Of a DNA stretch of 64,000 bases, positions 29,650-40,924 are shown piece by piece. The stretch spans positions 32,001-96,000 of the forward strand of contig CAVSQW010000001.1 of NCBI GenBank assembly GCA_963730185.1. The letters run 5' to 3'. The position numbers and the translations under genes are program-made. How positions within the stretch are numbered: position 1 is the stretch's first letter; each line of letters starts with the position of its first letter. The DNA comes from an uncultured Gemmatimonadales bacterium. GTDB taxonomy: Bacteria; Gemmatimonadota; Gemmatimonadetes; Gemmatimonadales; GWC2-71-9. The notes beneath the pieces were generated by a model. That model made no database searches. It had not been told where the DNA came from and was given only the letters and a program-made list of their open reading frames with translations.

Positions 29650-31495
29650 ATGCCGAACCTCGCTTCGTCGCGCGTCGGGATCGTCGTCGGCGTGCTGGTT
29701 GCCTTGGGCGCGACCGCGCTCCCCGGTCAAGCGGCCGGCGGTCCGATCGCGCCGCCGCCCGCCAAGTATGAGGTGACCGTCGACCGGGGCGTGATGATCC
29801 CGATGCGGGATGGGGTTCGGCTGGCGGCCAACATCTCTCGGCCCGTCGGCCTGACCGGCCGTCTCCCGGTGGTGCTGATGCGCACCCCGTACAACAAGGA
29901 AGTGTACGCCGGCTCGACCCGCCCCGCCGCCTTTTGGGCCGGGCAGGGATACATGGTCGTGAGCCAGGACGTGCGAGGTCAGTTCGCCTCGGAGGGTGAC
30001 TATCGCGTCCAGCTGATGGATGCCCGCGACGGGTACGACACCATCGACTGGATCGTGAAGCAGCCCTGGGCCACCGACAAGGTCGGCACCTACGGGTGCA
30101 GCTATCTCGGCGAAGTGCAGTATCTCCTTTCCCGGATGCACCACCCCAACCATGCCGCCATGATCGCCCAGGCCGCCAGCGGAGCAACTGGTCCGGCGGG
30201 CGGTTTCTATACTAATTTCGGGACCTACGAGGGCGGCGCGCTCACCCTCTCCACGATCTTCGGCTGGTTCGGGCTGGCCGGTCACAAGGTCCGGCATCCA
30301 CCCGACTATCAACTCGGCTCCACGCACTACGAGTTCGATTTCGCGACCATGCTCCGGTCGCTCCCGATCGTGACCATGGCCAAGCGGGCGGGCTATCCAC
30401 CGTCCGACTTCGAGGACTTCGTGTCGCACCCGCCGGCCGATCCCTATTGGCGGGCGGTGGGCTACCTCGAGTGACGAGGATCGGTTCGATACCCCGGCCC
30501 TCCACGTCAACTCATGGCTCGACGTGACCCCTGAGCAGACGATGTACGTCTTCAACCTGATGCGCCGGAACGCGCTCTCGGCCCGGGGCCGCGATCATCA
30601 GTACGCCATCATGTCGCCCACGACCCACTGCGCCTCGGAGGCGGCCACCGAGCACACCCGGATCGGCGACCTGGACGTGGGCGACGCCCGGTACGACTAC
30701 TGGGATGTCTACCTGGCGTGGTTCGATCACTGGCTCCGCGGAGCCGACAACCACGTCACCGACCGTCCCAAGGTGACCTACTACGTCATGCACGACGGCT
30801 GGCGCGAGGCGGCCGCCTGGCCGATTCCCGGGACGAAGGTCACACCGTACTACCTCTCCAGTGCCGGCCACGCCAACACCGGCACGGGCGACGGAATCCT
30901 GACGACGGCCCGGCCCGGCCGGTCCGCGAGCGATACCTACACCTACGACCCCGGCGACCCGTTTCCCTCGCGAGGCGGTACCATCTGCTGCACCGGTAAC
31001 CCCAACGACCAACCGGGCATCTTCGACCAATCCGACCTCGAGACCCGGTCCGACTTGCTGGTGTACACTTCGGCGCCGCTCGCGGACGGACTCACGATCG
31101 CGGGGCCCGTGCACCTGGTGCTCTCCGTGTCGTCGGACGCCCGGGACACGGACTTCACCGCCAAGCTGCTCGACGTTGACCCCGCCGGGCACGCGTGGAA
31201 CGTGTTGAACGGCGTCAAGCGGGCCCGGTATCGTGAGGGGATGGCGCACCCGGTCTGGATGCGCAAGGGCGAGAGCTACCGGGTGGAGGTGAGTCTCAAG
31301 GCCACCGCGTACCGGTTCGCGCCCGGCCACCGGGTCCGGCTCTGGATCTCGAGCAGCGACTTTCCGCTCTACGATCGGAATCTCAACACCGGCGGCAACA
31401 ACTACGGCGAGACCACCTGGGTGAAGGCGACCAATACGATCCACCTGGGTGGCGCGCGCGCCTCCCAACTGCTCCTGCCGGTCCAGCCCCGATGA
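29650..31495 (+). CDS. CocE/NonD (S15) family hydrolase, one frameshift at about 30469
   Basis: IPMRDGVRL, RTPY, QDVRG..SEG, GCSYLG; removing G30469 gives YLSDEDRFDTPALHVNSWLD, collinear with the adjacent paralog. Confidence 0.88.
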
Positions 31496-33363
31496 CGAAG
31501 ACCTGGCGCTCGCTTTGGCTGGTGGCCGCGGGGAGCGGCCTGACCGTGGCCGTCCTGAGCGGCCTGACCGTGGCCGCCCTGAGCGGCCTGACCGCCTCGT
31601 CCCTCGCTGCCCAGGCCCCGACCGATCGCTTCGCGCCGCCGCCGGCCGAGAACGAATACTCGATCCAGAAGAACGTCATGATTCCGATGCGGGACGGCGT
31701 TCTGCTGGCCGCCGACCTCTATCTGCCAAAGACGACCTCGGCCCGCCTTCCCGTGATCGTGCTCCGGACGCCGTACGACAAGGACACCTATCGGGGCTCG
31801 ACCCAGCCGGCCGACTTCTTTGCCAGGCGCGGCTTTGCCGTGGTCTCGGAGGACGTGCGGGGGAAGGGACACTCCGAGGGTGAATACCAGGTCGAGGCCA
31901 CCGACCGGCCCGACGGCTACGACACCATCGATTGGGCGGCGTCGCAACCGTGGTCGACCGGCAAGGTGGGCACCTACGGGTGCTCGTACCTGGGCGAGGT
32001 GCAGATCCTCCTTGCCGGGGCCCGCCACCCTCACCACCTGGCGGCGATTCCCCAGGCAGCGGCGGGCGGGCTGGGCTCGGGCGGCGGCTATTGGTCCGGA
32101 TTCGGTGCCTACGAAGACGGCGTGTTCACCCTCAGCTCGGCCTTCGGCTGGTTCCTGGGGGCCGGAGCCAAGGACCGTAACCCGTCGCCGCCCGATCGCT
32201 TCGACTTCGCCACGGTGCTCCGGTCGCTCCCCCTGGTCGACCTGATCACCCGGGTTCACGGTCCCCGGACCGACTGGGAGGACTACCTCTCCAACCGACC
32301 CGGCAGCGCCTACTGGACGACCCAGGGTTACGCCACCGACACCACCCGCTACGACGTGCCCGCGATCCACGTGAACTCGTGGCTCGACTACGGGGCCGAG
32401 GAGACGCTCTACCTCTTCAACCTGTTCCGGCGGAACGCGGTGTCGCAGCGGGCCCGCGAGAATCAGTACGCGATCATCTCGCCGACCACCCACTGCGCCT
32501 CGGAGCGCGCCACCGAGCACACGGTCGTCGGCGAGATGGACGTCGGTGACGCCCGGCTCGATTACCTCACGATCTACCTGGATTGGTTCGACCATTGGCT
32601 CAAGGACCGGCCCAACCGGGTCCTCCAGATGCCGAAGGTCCGCTACTACGTGATCGGGAAGGGCGAGTGGCGGACCGCCCGCACCTGGCCCGTGCCCGAA
32701 ATGCGGCCGGTGAGCTACTACCTGGCCAGCGCCAAGGGGGCCAACACCGGGGCGGGTGACGGGACCTTGCGCCTCACCGCACCGACCCGTTCGGGCCGGG
32801 ACACGCTCACCTACGACCCGGCCGACCCGGTGCCCTCGATCGGGGGCACGATCTGCTGTACCGGCAACCCCGCTGATCAGCCCGGCATCTTCCAACAGAA
32901 CGCCCTGGAGACCCGCCCCGACGTGCTGGTCTACGGCACGGCCGCCCTCGACCACGGTCTCACCATTGTTGGACCGGTCCGGGCCGTCCTCTACGTCTCG
33001 TCCGACCAGAAGGACACGGACGTGACCGCCAAACTGGTCGACGTCGACGAGGCCGGCCGGAGCTGGAACGTGGTGGACGGCGTGTTCCGGATGCGGAACC
33101 GCGAGGGCATCGGCCGGATGGCCCTGATCCAACCCGGGACCGTGTATCGGGTGGAGGTGAACCTCCGATCGATCGCCTGGTTCTTCAAGCCGGGGCACCG
33201 GATCCGACTCTATCTGTCGAGCAGCAACTTTCCTCAATACGAGCGAAACACCAACACCGGCGGTACCATCTACGACGAGGTCACCTTCGAGGTGGCCAGA
33301 AACGCGATCCACTTCGGTCCCGGCCAGGGCTCGGCCCTGATTCTCCCGGTGGTGCCGGAGTGA
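31492..33363 (+). CDS. CocE/NonD (S15) family hydrolase, tandem paralog
   Basis: IPMRDGVLL, RTPY, GCSYLG, HVNSWLD, ISPTTHC, GHRIRL..SSSNFPQYERN. Confidence 0.92.
   Translation: MTKTWRSLWLVAAGSGLTVAVLSGLTVAALSGLTASSLAAQAPTDRFAPPPAENEYSIQKNVMIPMRDGVLLAADLYLPKTTSARLPVIVLRTPYDKDTYRGSTQPADFFARRGFAVVSEDVRGKGHSEGEYQVEATDRPDGYDTIDWAASQPWSTGKVGTYGCSYLGEVQILLAGARHPHHLAAIPQAAAGGLGSGGGYWSGFGAYEDGVFTLSSAFGWFLGAGAKDRNPSPPDRFDFATVLRSLPLVDLITRVHGPRTDWEDYLSNRPGSAYWTTQGYATDTTRYDVPAIHVNSWLDYGAEETLYLFNLFRRNAVSQRARENQYAIISPTTHCASERATEHTVVGEMDVGDARLDYLTIYLDWFDHWLKDRPNRVLQMPKVRYYVIGKGEWRTARTWPVPEMRPVSYYLASAKGANTGAGDGTLRLTAPTRSGRDTLTYDPADPVPSIGGTICCTGNPADQPGIFQQNALETRPDVLVYGTAALDHGLTIVGPVRAVLYVSSDQKDTDVTAKLVDVDEAGRSWNVVDGVFRMRNREGIGRMALIQPGTVYRVEVNLRSIAWFFKPGHRIRLYLSSSNFPQYERNTNTGGTIYDEVTFEVARNAIHFGPGQGSALILPVVPE
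31533..31594 (+). repeat. 24-bp in-frame tandem repeat (about 2.6 copies) in a signal peptide
   Basis: GAGCGGCCTGACCGTGGCCG(T/C)CCT x2 plus GAGCGGCCTGACCG, encoding SGLTVA(V/A)L repeats. Confidence 0.85.
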
Positions 33364-33464
33364 GCCGGTCGAAAGCGGCCCGGAAGTCGAGCGGGTTGAC
33401 CGGGTAGTGTCCCCGCGGGCGGGGCCGAAACCCCTCCCGTCGACCCCTCGTAGGGTCGCGACTC

Positions 33465-33488
33465 ATTGGATACACTAGTGGACGCAAT
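33465..33488. promoter_or_regulatory. Tandem GntR/VanR-like operator boxes
   Basis: ATTGGATACACT|AGTGGACGCAAT ending 3 nt before the DinB ATG. Confidence 0.55.
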
Positions 33489-33491
33489 TTT

Positions 33492-33986
33492 ATGATCCAG
33501 GCCCTGGCACCCATGGCGGCCGTCTTCGCCCTCAACTCCCGGCTCCTCGAGAACTGCCTCGACGGCGTGACCGAGGCCGAGGCGCAGGGTCGGCCCAACG
33601 ATCGGAGCAACAGCGTCGCCTTCATCGCTGCCCACCTGGTCAACACCCGGGCCTGGATGATCCGCTATCTGGGTGGCGACGAGCCGGAGCCGTTCGGGGG
33701 CGCCCTGGCCTACGGCACGGCCATCGACTCGGCGGCCCGGGTCCCGTCGCTGGACGAGACCCTCGACGCCTGGGACGAGATCAGCGAGCGCCTGGAGACC
33801 CGGCTGGCGACCTGCACGGCGGCGCAGCTGGCGGCACCGTCACCCGAGCAGTTCCCGGGGGTGCCGCCGAGCGTGCTGGACGGGCTCGGGTTTCTGCTGC
33901 AGCACGAGTCGTATCACCTGGGCCAGCTGGGATTGTTGCGGAAGTTCCTCGGTCACCCCGCGATGTCGTACCGGATGCACGAATAG
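33492..33986 (+). CDS. DinB family protein
   Basis: NSVAFIAAHL and QHESYHLGQL His triad. Confidence 0.85.
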   Translation: MIQALAPMAAVFALNSRLLENCLDGVTEAEAQGRPNDRSNSVAFIAAHLVNTRAWMIRYLGGDEPEPFGGALAYGTAIDSAARVPSLDETLDAWDEISERLETRLATCTAAQLAAPSPEQFPGVPPSVLDGLGFLLQHESYHLGQLGLLRKFLGHPAMSYRMHE

Positions 33987-34036
33987 CGTCGGTGCCGCGG
34001 GCATCCCTTTCACCTCGAACAAGGCAGAATCTTCTC

Positions 34037-35452
34037 ATGCGGCGACTTTTCGGAATCACGGCACTGCTCGCGGCGGCGGGATGCGCGGGTGGGGCTGGCG
34101 TCGGGGGCGGCGCAGCGGGTGGGGCGACGAACGGCGCGACCTACGGGATTACTCACGGCGACCCGGCCCTGATCGCGAAGATCGACTCGATCGTCGAAGC
34201 GCCGATCAAGGCGGGGAAGGTGGCCGGCGCCTCGATCGCGGTGGTCAGGGGCACGGACACGATCGCCGTGCAAGGCTTCGGCAAGGCGAGCATCCAGCTC
34301 GACGTACCGACCCCGCCCCATGCCATTTACGAGATCGGCTCGGTCACCAAGCAGTTCACGGCCGCGGCCATCATGCAGCTGGTCTCGGAGGGGAAGATCA
34401 ACCTCGCCGACGACTTCACCAAGTACCTCCCGAACTACAACACCGCGGGACACAAGGTTACGGTGGGGCAGCTTCTCAACCACACCTCGGGGATCAAGGG
34501 CTACACCGAGATTCCGGAGTTCAGGCTGATCGGCCTCCAGCACCTGCCCAAGGACACCCTGCTCCGGATCATCGAGAAGAAGCCGTTCGACTTCGAGCCT
34601 GGCGCCGAGGAGACGTACAACAACTCGGCCTTCTTCCTGGCCGGATTGATCATCGAGAAGGTCAGCGGGATGTCGTATGCGGACTACGTCCAGAAGAATC
34701 TGTTCGACAAGGCCGGGATGAAGGACGCCCACTATTGCAGTGAGCGGTCCATCCACGCCCGCGACGTCGAGGGCTACGACACCGACTCGACCGGGCTGAT
34801 CCAGAAGGGGTACCTCGACCAGACCTGGCCCTACGCGGCCGGCTCGCTCTGTTCCTCGGCCATCGACCTGGTGGCCTGGGACCAGGCGTTGCACGGCGGC
34901 AAGATCCTGGATCCGGCCGCCTACCAGGAGTACACCAAGCCCGGTGAGCTGAGCGACGGCACCAAGCTTCGCTACGCCAAGGGGCTCGCGATCAGCAAAG
35001 TGGTTGGCCACCGCGCGTTCCATCACGGCGGCGGGATCAACGGCTTCCTATCCGAGAACATCTACTTCCCCGACGACTCGCTCGCCGTGGTCGTGCTCTA
35101 CAACACGGCCGGCCCGGTCAACCCCGACGGTGCCGCCCGGGCGATCGCCGAAGCCATCCTGGGCAAGCCGGCCGACGAGAGCAAGCCCTTCGATGGAGAC
35201 CTGGCGCAGTTCGCCGGCACCTACACCGGCAACGGCCGGGGTCGGGCCACCGAGCTGACCATCGCGGTCGACGGTGGAAAGCTCACCGCCAAGATGCCGT
35301 TCGCCGATTCAGCCCAGGTGCTGACCTACCTGGGGAACGACACCTTCGCCGGTCAGGGTGACGCCCACCTCATCTTCCGGAAGCAGGGCGACAAAGTGAC
35401 GGGCCTCGACCTCGACATGGCGTACGGCTTCAATCGGCTGAAGAAGAAGTAG
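34037..35452 (+). CDS. Lipoprotein serine hydrolase, beta-lactamase/S12 family
   Basis: Lipobox AAAG-C; IGSVTKQF (SxxK), LLNHTSG, YNN, HGGGING. Confidence 0.9.
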   Translation: MRRLFGITALLAAAGCAGGAGVGGGAAGGATNGATYGITHGDPALIAKIDSIVEAPIKAGKVAGASIAVVRGTDTIAVQGFGKASIQLDVPTPPHAIYEIGSVTKQFTAAAIMQLVSEGKINLADDFTKYLPNYNTAGHKVTVGQLLNHTSGIKGYTEIPEFRLIGLQHLPKDTLLRIIEKKPFDFEPGAEETYNNSAFFLAGLIIEKVSGMSYADYVQKNLFDKAGMKDAHYCSERSIHARDVEGYDTDSTGLIQKGYLDQTWPYAAGSLCSSAIDLVAWDQALHGGKILDPAAYQEYTKPGELSDGTKLRYAKGLAISKVVGHRAFHHGGGINGFLSENIYFPDDSLAVVVLYNTAGPVNPDGAARAIAEAILGKPADESKPFDGDLAQFAGTYTGNGRGRATELTIAVDGGKLTAKMPFADSAQVLTYLGNDTFAGQGDAHLIFRKQGDKVTGLDLDMAYGFNRLKKK

Positions 35453-35453
35453 C

Positions 35454-35564
35454 GGAAGGGGGCTGGGCGGGAGGGGAGGCGGGAGAGACGGGGAGAGTGG
35501 CAACGCACTCCCCGTCGCTCGCCTCCCCGTCTCTCCCCACCCTCCCCGTCCCGCCCCGTCCCCG
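35454..35564. repeat. Purine/pyrimidine-skewed inverted repeat between convergent genes
   Basis: G-rich arm then C-rich arm; perfect 15-bp inverted repeat GGGAGAGACGGGGAG (35481-35495) / CTCCCCGTCTCTCCC (35523-35537). Confidence 0.7.
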
Positions 35565-36326
35565 TCACTTCCCCAACACCTTCATCAGAATCACCAACGG
35601 CACCGCCCCGTTCCCGATCAAGTGGGCGATGATCCCGGGCCAGGTGTTCCGGGTCCGCTGGGCGACATACGCCAGCGGCACGGTGGCCGCGAGGTAGCCG
35701 ACCACGCTCCCGAGGTTCGAGTGGTAGAAGAAGTGAAACAGGTCCCAGAGCAGGCCGTTGACCAGCCAGGCCCACTTGCCCAGGGCGAGCTCCTGGCGGG
35801 GTAGGATGATGCCCCGCCACCAGAGCTCTTCGCCGCCGATGTTGAAGACGGCGAGCGCGAAGACCACCCAGAGGAATACGTCCCACCGGCCCCTGAGATC
35901 CATGCCGAGCCCGGATCGCATCGAGGCCATGAACTCACCGAATTCCTTGGGCGGCGTGTAGAACGTGACCCCGGAGACCGCCTCGGCCAGCGGGTTGAGC
36001 AGGTAGGGGAGGAGGAAGCCCGACGCCACCAGCGCGATGGTCCAGAGCCAGTCGCGACCGGTCGGACGGGTGAGCCGCATCCGGTCGCGAAAGGCGGCCC
36101 AGGTCCAGGGACGACCCTCCAGCCGGTAGGCCACGATCGCCGCGATCAGCATCAGGATCAGCGGCCCGCCGAAGGTCACGTTGAAGAGGACGTAGTCGCT
36201 GTACCCGTGCTGCTTCATCCACGGCAGGAGACCGAGAATGCTGGCCGAGAAGACGGCGCAGGGAATCCCGAAATAGAGGATCGAAGCCAACAATCCGATC
36301 GGGCGGAGACGGGGCTGATCCGACAT
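35565..36326 (-). CDS. CPBP (CAAX/Abi) intramembrane glutamic endopeptidase
   Basis: GEELWWRG, W..FH, AH...N motifs; multi-TM; RBS-like GAG/GGAG region. Confidence 0.88.
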   Translation of the reverse strand: MSDQPRLRPIGLLASILYFGIPCAVFSASILGLLPWMKQHGYSDYVLFNVTFGGPLILMLIAAIVAYRLEGRPWTWAAFRDRMRLTRPTGRDWLWTIALVASGFLLPYLLNPLAEAVSGVTFYTPPKEFGEFMASMRSGLGMDLRGRWDVFLWVVFALAVFNIGGEELWWRGIILPRQELALGKWAWLVNGLLWDLFHFFYHSNLGSVVGYLAATVPLAYVAQRTRNTWPGIIAHLIGNGAVPLVILMKVLGK

Positions 36327-36377
36327 GGAGGGAGCTCGCGAATGGTGGGAGGGGAGGGTCCCGTTCGGGTCGACGAT

Positions 36378-36389
36378 TTTGTATACAAA
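36378..36389. promoter_or_regulatory. GntR-type operator box
   Basis: Perfect palindrome TTTGTATACAAA 52 bp upstream of the CPBP start. Confidence 0.55.
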
Positions 36390-36430
36390 CTGCCGCTTGG
36401 GTCACCCTTCCGCAAGCGGACTGCGGCCGG

Positions 36431-36640
36431 TCAGCTGAGCAGCTGTTCGGCGGCTCGCTTCCCCTCGCCGCTGGCATCGAGCCAGTTCTGGTGTCCGTTG
36501 AGCTCGGCGTTGGCGAACGTCACCCGCCCCAGCGGGCCGCGGAGCACGTCCGGGGCGGCCGGTTGGCCGTCGCGCCCGCAATAGAAGCCCGGGGCGGGGC
36601 ATACGTAGGCGTGCCCCCAACGGTTGAGCACGATGCCCCG
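36431..36640 (-). pseudogene. Orphan C-terminal fragment of an FAD-dependent amine-oxidoreductase (spermidine-dehydrogenase-like)
   Basis: GIVLNRWGHAYV.P.PGF...LRGPLGRVTFANAEL.GHQNW..A..EG.RAAEQL is a typical amine-oxidase tail; in-frame stop at about 36665 and no Rossmann N-terminus. Confidence 0.6.
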
Positions 36641-36678
36641 GTTACCTTTGGACCACCACGTCTCTCACCCGAGGTCGA

Positions 36679-37699
<1,021 letters not shown>

Positions 37700-37703
<4 letters not shown>

Positions 37704-38482
37704 GGCGGGTCTCCGCCGGCGCGGTGTTCGGCGCCTTGCTCCGACGCGATGCCCACGTCGCCGCCCGAGAGCTCCCGTTCTTTCTGCTCCGGACCACGCT
37801 CCAGCCGATCATGTTCGTGGTGGTGTTCGGCTACCTGCTGCCCAAGATGGGATTCGTGCAGCGGGGCTACGGTGCGGCGCTTCTCCCCGGCATTCTGGCC
37901 ATCAGCCTGGCCTTTTCGAGCGTCCAGGCCGTGGCCCTGCCGATGGTGTCGGACTTCGGGTGGACGTTCGAGATCGAAGACCGCCTCCTGGCGCCGGTCC
38001 CGATTCGGGTGGTGGCGCTGGCGAAGATCGTGTCGGGACTGATCCAGGGTGTGATCGCGGCCCTGTTCGTGCTGCCGATCGCCAGGCTGATCATGGGGCC
38101 GATCGCCGGACTCACCGTGTCCCACTTGGCCGAGGTGGTCGGCATAACTCTGCTGGGAGCCACCACGTTCTCCGCGTTTGGCCTCTTTCTCGGCACCGCA
38201 ATCAGCCCCCAGCAGATCGGCCTGATGTTCGGCTTCATCGTCGCCCCGATGATCTTCTTCGGATGCGCGTATTACCCCTGGGCCGGCCTGGCGGCAGTGC
38301 CGGCCATGCAATACGCCGTGCTGGTGAACCCGCTGGTCTACGTCGCCGAAGGACTGAGAGCCGCGCTCACCCCGACCCTCCCCCACATGTCGCTCGTCGC
38401 GGTGGTGGCCGCGCTGGTCGCGCTGACCGCGCTCTTTCTCGGACTGGGACTCCGATCGTTCACCCGGCGGGCCCTGTCCTGA
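37700..38482 (+). CDS. ABC-2 type permease (DrrB-like)
   Basis: IEDRLLAPV, PMIFFGCAYYP, NPLVYVAEGLR; 6 TM. Confidence 0.88.
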
Positions 38483-38501
38483 GGGGCCGAAAACCCGAAA
38501 C

Positions 38502-38532
38502 TTTACTCGTTCGCCGGGCGTCGATATAGAAT
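38502..38532 (+). promoter_or_regulatory. Putative sigma70 promoter of the MoxR/vWA operon
   Basis: TTTACT-N17-TATAGA(AT) in a locally AT-rich stretch. Confidence 0.45.
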
Positions 38533-38643
38533 AGACGTAGTCGGCCGTCCTCCGTTCCCTCCGGCATCCGCCACCCTTCCCGGCGGTGCTCCGAGTCCCT
38601 CCGGGCCCGAGCGAGGGATGTGCCGTGAGAGCGTGCCGCGACC

Positions 38644-40924
38644 GTGGTCGAGACCCTCTTCGAATTCCTCTTCAAATACCCGCCTCGACTCTTCGAGCGG
38701 GGGACCCTGACGTGGCTGGGTCTGGGCACCCGGATGGTCGTGCCCCTGGTGCTGGTCGTCGGCGCGGTCGCGGTCGCGAGTTACTCTCGCGCCCCCGCCC
38801 GGGTGCGAGTCCGGGATCGCGTCATTCTAGCCGGTCTCCGCCTCGCCGCCTTTCTGCTGCTCGGCTTCTGCCTTCTCCGCCCGGCGCTCCTCCTGTCGTC
38901 CTCCGTTCCACGTCGGAACGCCTTGGCGGTCGTGTTGGACGACAGCCGCAGCATGCAGATCCAGGACGTCGACGGGCGGAGTCGGTTGGACGAGGTCAAG
39001 CGGATCTTCGACGATTCGTCCGGGACGCTGGTCAAGGCGCTGGCCGATCGTTATGCGGTCCGGCTTTATCGGTTTTCGGAGGCGCCTCGGCGCCTGGGCC
39101 ACACCGCGGAGCTGGCGGCCACGGGGGCTCGGACGGACGTGGCCAAGGCGCTCGACGAGGTGCGCCGCGACGCGGTCGGCCTGCCCCTCGCCGGCGTGGT
39201 GCTGGTGACCGACGGGGCGGACAACGGCGGCAACTCGATCGGCGACGCGATCCTGGCGCTGCAGTCGGAGCACATCCCGGTGTACACGGTGGGCCTCGGC
39301 CGGGAAAGGTTTGATCGCGACTTGGCCATCGATCGAGTGGAGCTCCCGCGCTCGACCCTCAAGGGGGCCGTCCTCCTGGGTGCCGTGGCGCTTCGAGCCC
39401 GCGGACTCGACGGCGAGACGGTGACGGTAACGGTCGAGGACCAGGGCCGGATCGTCGCGCAACGGGCCGTCACCATCCCGAAGGGCTCCGAGTTGGTCAA
39501 CGTGCCGGTGCGGATCCCGCCGCTCGAGGCCGGGCTCCGCGAGCTGACGGTGAGCGTGAAGCCGGTTCCGGGCGAGGCGGTGAGCCAGGACAACCAGGTG
39601 AACGCGGTGGTGCGGGTCCGCGATCGCCGGGAAAAGATTCTCTATGTCGAGGGGACGCTCCGACCGGAGTTCGCCTTCATTCGTCGCGCCGCCGCCGCCG
39701 ACAGCAACTTGCAGCTGGTGGGCCTCCAGCGAACGTCTCAAGGCAAGTTCCTCCGGTTGGGCGTGGACGACAGTCTGGAGCTGGTCGGCGGCTTCCCTCG
39801 CAGCCGGGGCGAGCTTTTCCAGTACCGCGCCCTGATCCTCGGAGCGGTCGAAGCTTCGTTCTTCAGCGCCGACCAGCTGCGGATGATCGCCGAGTTCGTG
39901 GGCGAGCGGGGTGGCGGCCTGCTGGCCTTGGGCGGCCGCGACGCCTTCGGCGAGGGCGACTTCACCGGCACGGCGGTCGCCGAGGCGCTCCCGGTGACGT
40001 TCGCGAACCGGCGGGCCGATTCGACCGAGCCGGCCCGCGAGCTCGAGCGTCTCCCTGGCGCCGGCGGGTGAGGCCAGCGCGGCCCTTCTCCTGACGGAGA
40101 CCGAAGAGGCCAACCGGGCCCGTTGGGACTCGCTCCCGCCGCTCACCTCGGTGAATCGCTGGCTGGGAGTGAAGCCGGCTGCGACCACCCTGCTGCTGGG
40201 CACCCCCACCGGGGGAGGCGAGCCGGAGCCGATCCTGGTGACCCAGCGCTACGGCCGGGGCAAGGCGATGGCCTTCCAGGCCCAGGACTCCTGGCTCTGG
40301 CAGATGGAGATGCCGTTGGCCGACCAGTCGTTCGAGACCTTCTGGCGGCAGCTCCTTCGCTGGCTCTTGGAGGACGTGCCCGACCGGCTCGAGGTCACCG
40401 CCACCCCCGATCACCCCGGCCCCGGGCAGCGGGTTACGCTCGGTGCCGAGCTGGGCGATTCGAGCTATTTTCGGGTCAACGACGCCGCCGTGGTGGCCCG
40501 GGTCACCTCACCGCTTGGCGTGGTGGATACCGTGCCGCTCGACTGGTCTCTCGGCCGGGACGGCGCCTATCAGGGCGACTTCGTGCCTCGCGACGAGGGC
40601 CTCTATCGGGTGGAGGTCGAAGCCCAACGGGGCCGCGACACTCTTCGGGCCGATCCCCAGTTCGTGATGGTCGCCGACCGGGGGCTGGATTTCCTCAACG
40701 CCGAGATGCGGGGCACCTTGCTCCGGCGGATCGCGCGGGAAACCGATGGCCGGTTCTACACCGCGGCCGACGTCGACCGCCTGCCCGACGACGCGGCCTA
40801 CACCGATAGCGGGATCACGGTGACCGAGGCCCGCGACCTCTGGGACATGCCGGTCGTGTTCTTCCTCCTGGTTGGACTCCTCGGTGCCGAGTGGGTCTAC
40901 CGCCGGAAGCGGGGGCTGGCGTGA
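38644..40924 (+). CDS. Membrane protein with vWA, Ig-like and class I GATase-like domains; one frameshift at about 40045
   Basis: Two N-terminal TM; MIDAS DDSRS..T..VTDG; KILYVEG..RPE, FV.ERGGGLLALGG; RYGRGK..W.W..FWRQLLRWL; C-terminal TM ..EWVYRRKRGLA; removing G40045 joins ORFs 38644-40071 and 40151-40924. Confidence 0.82.

Noticed and set aside
30469..30474. In-frame TGA in CocE as selenocysteine or read-through
   Set aside because: Downstream homology continues in a different frame, so it is an indel and not recoding.
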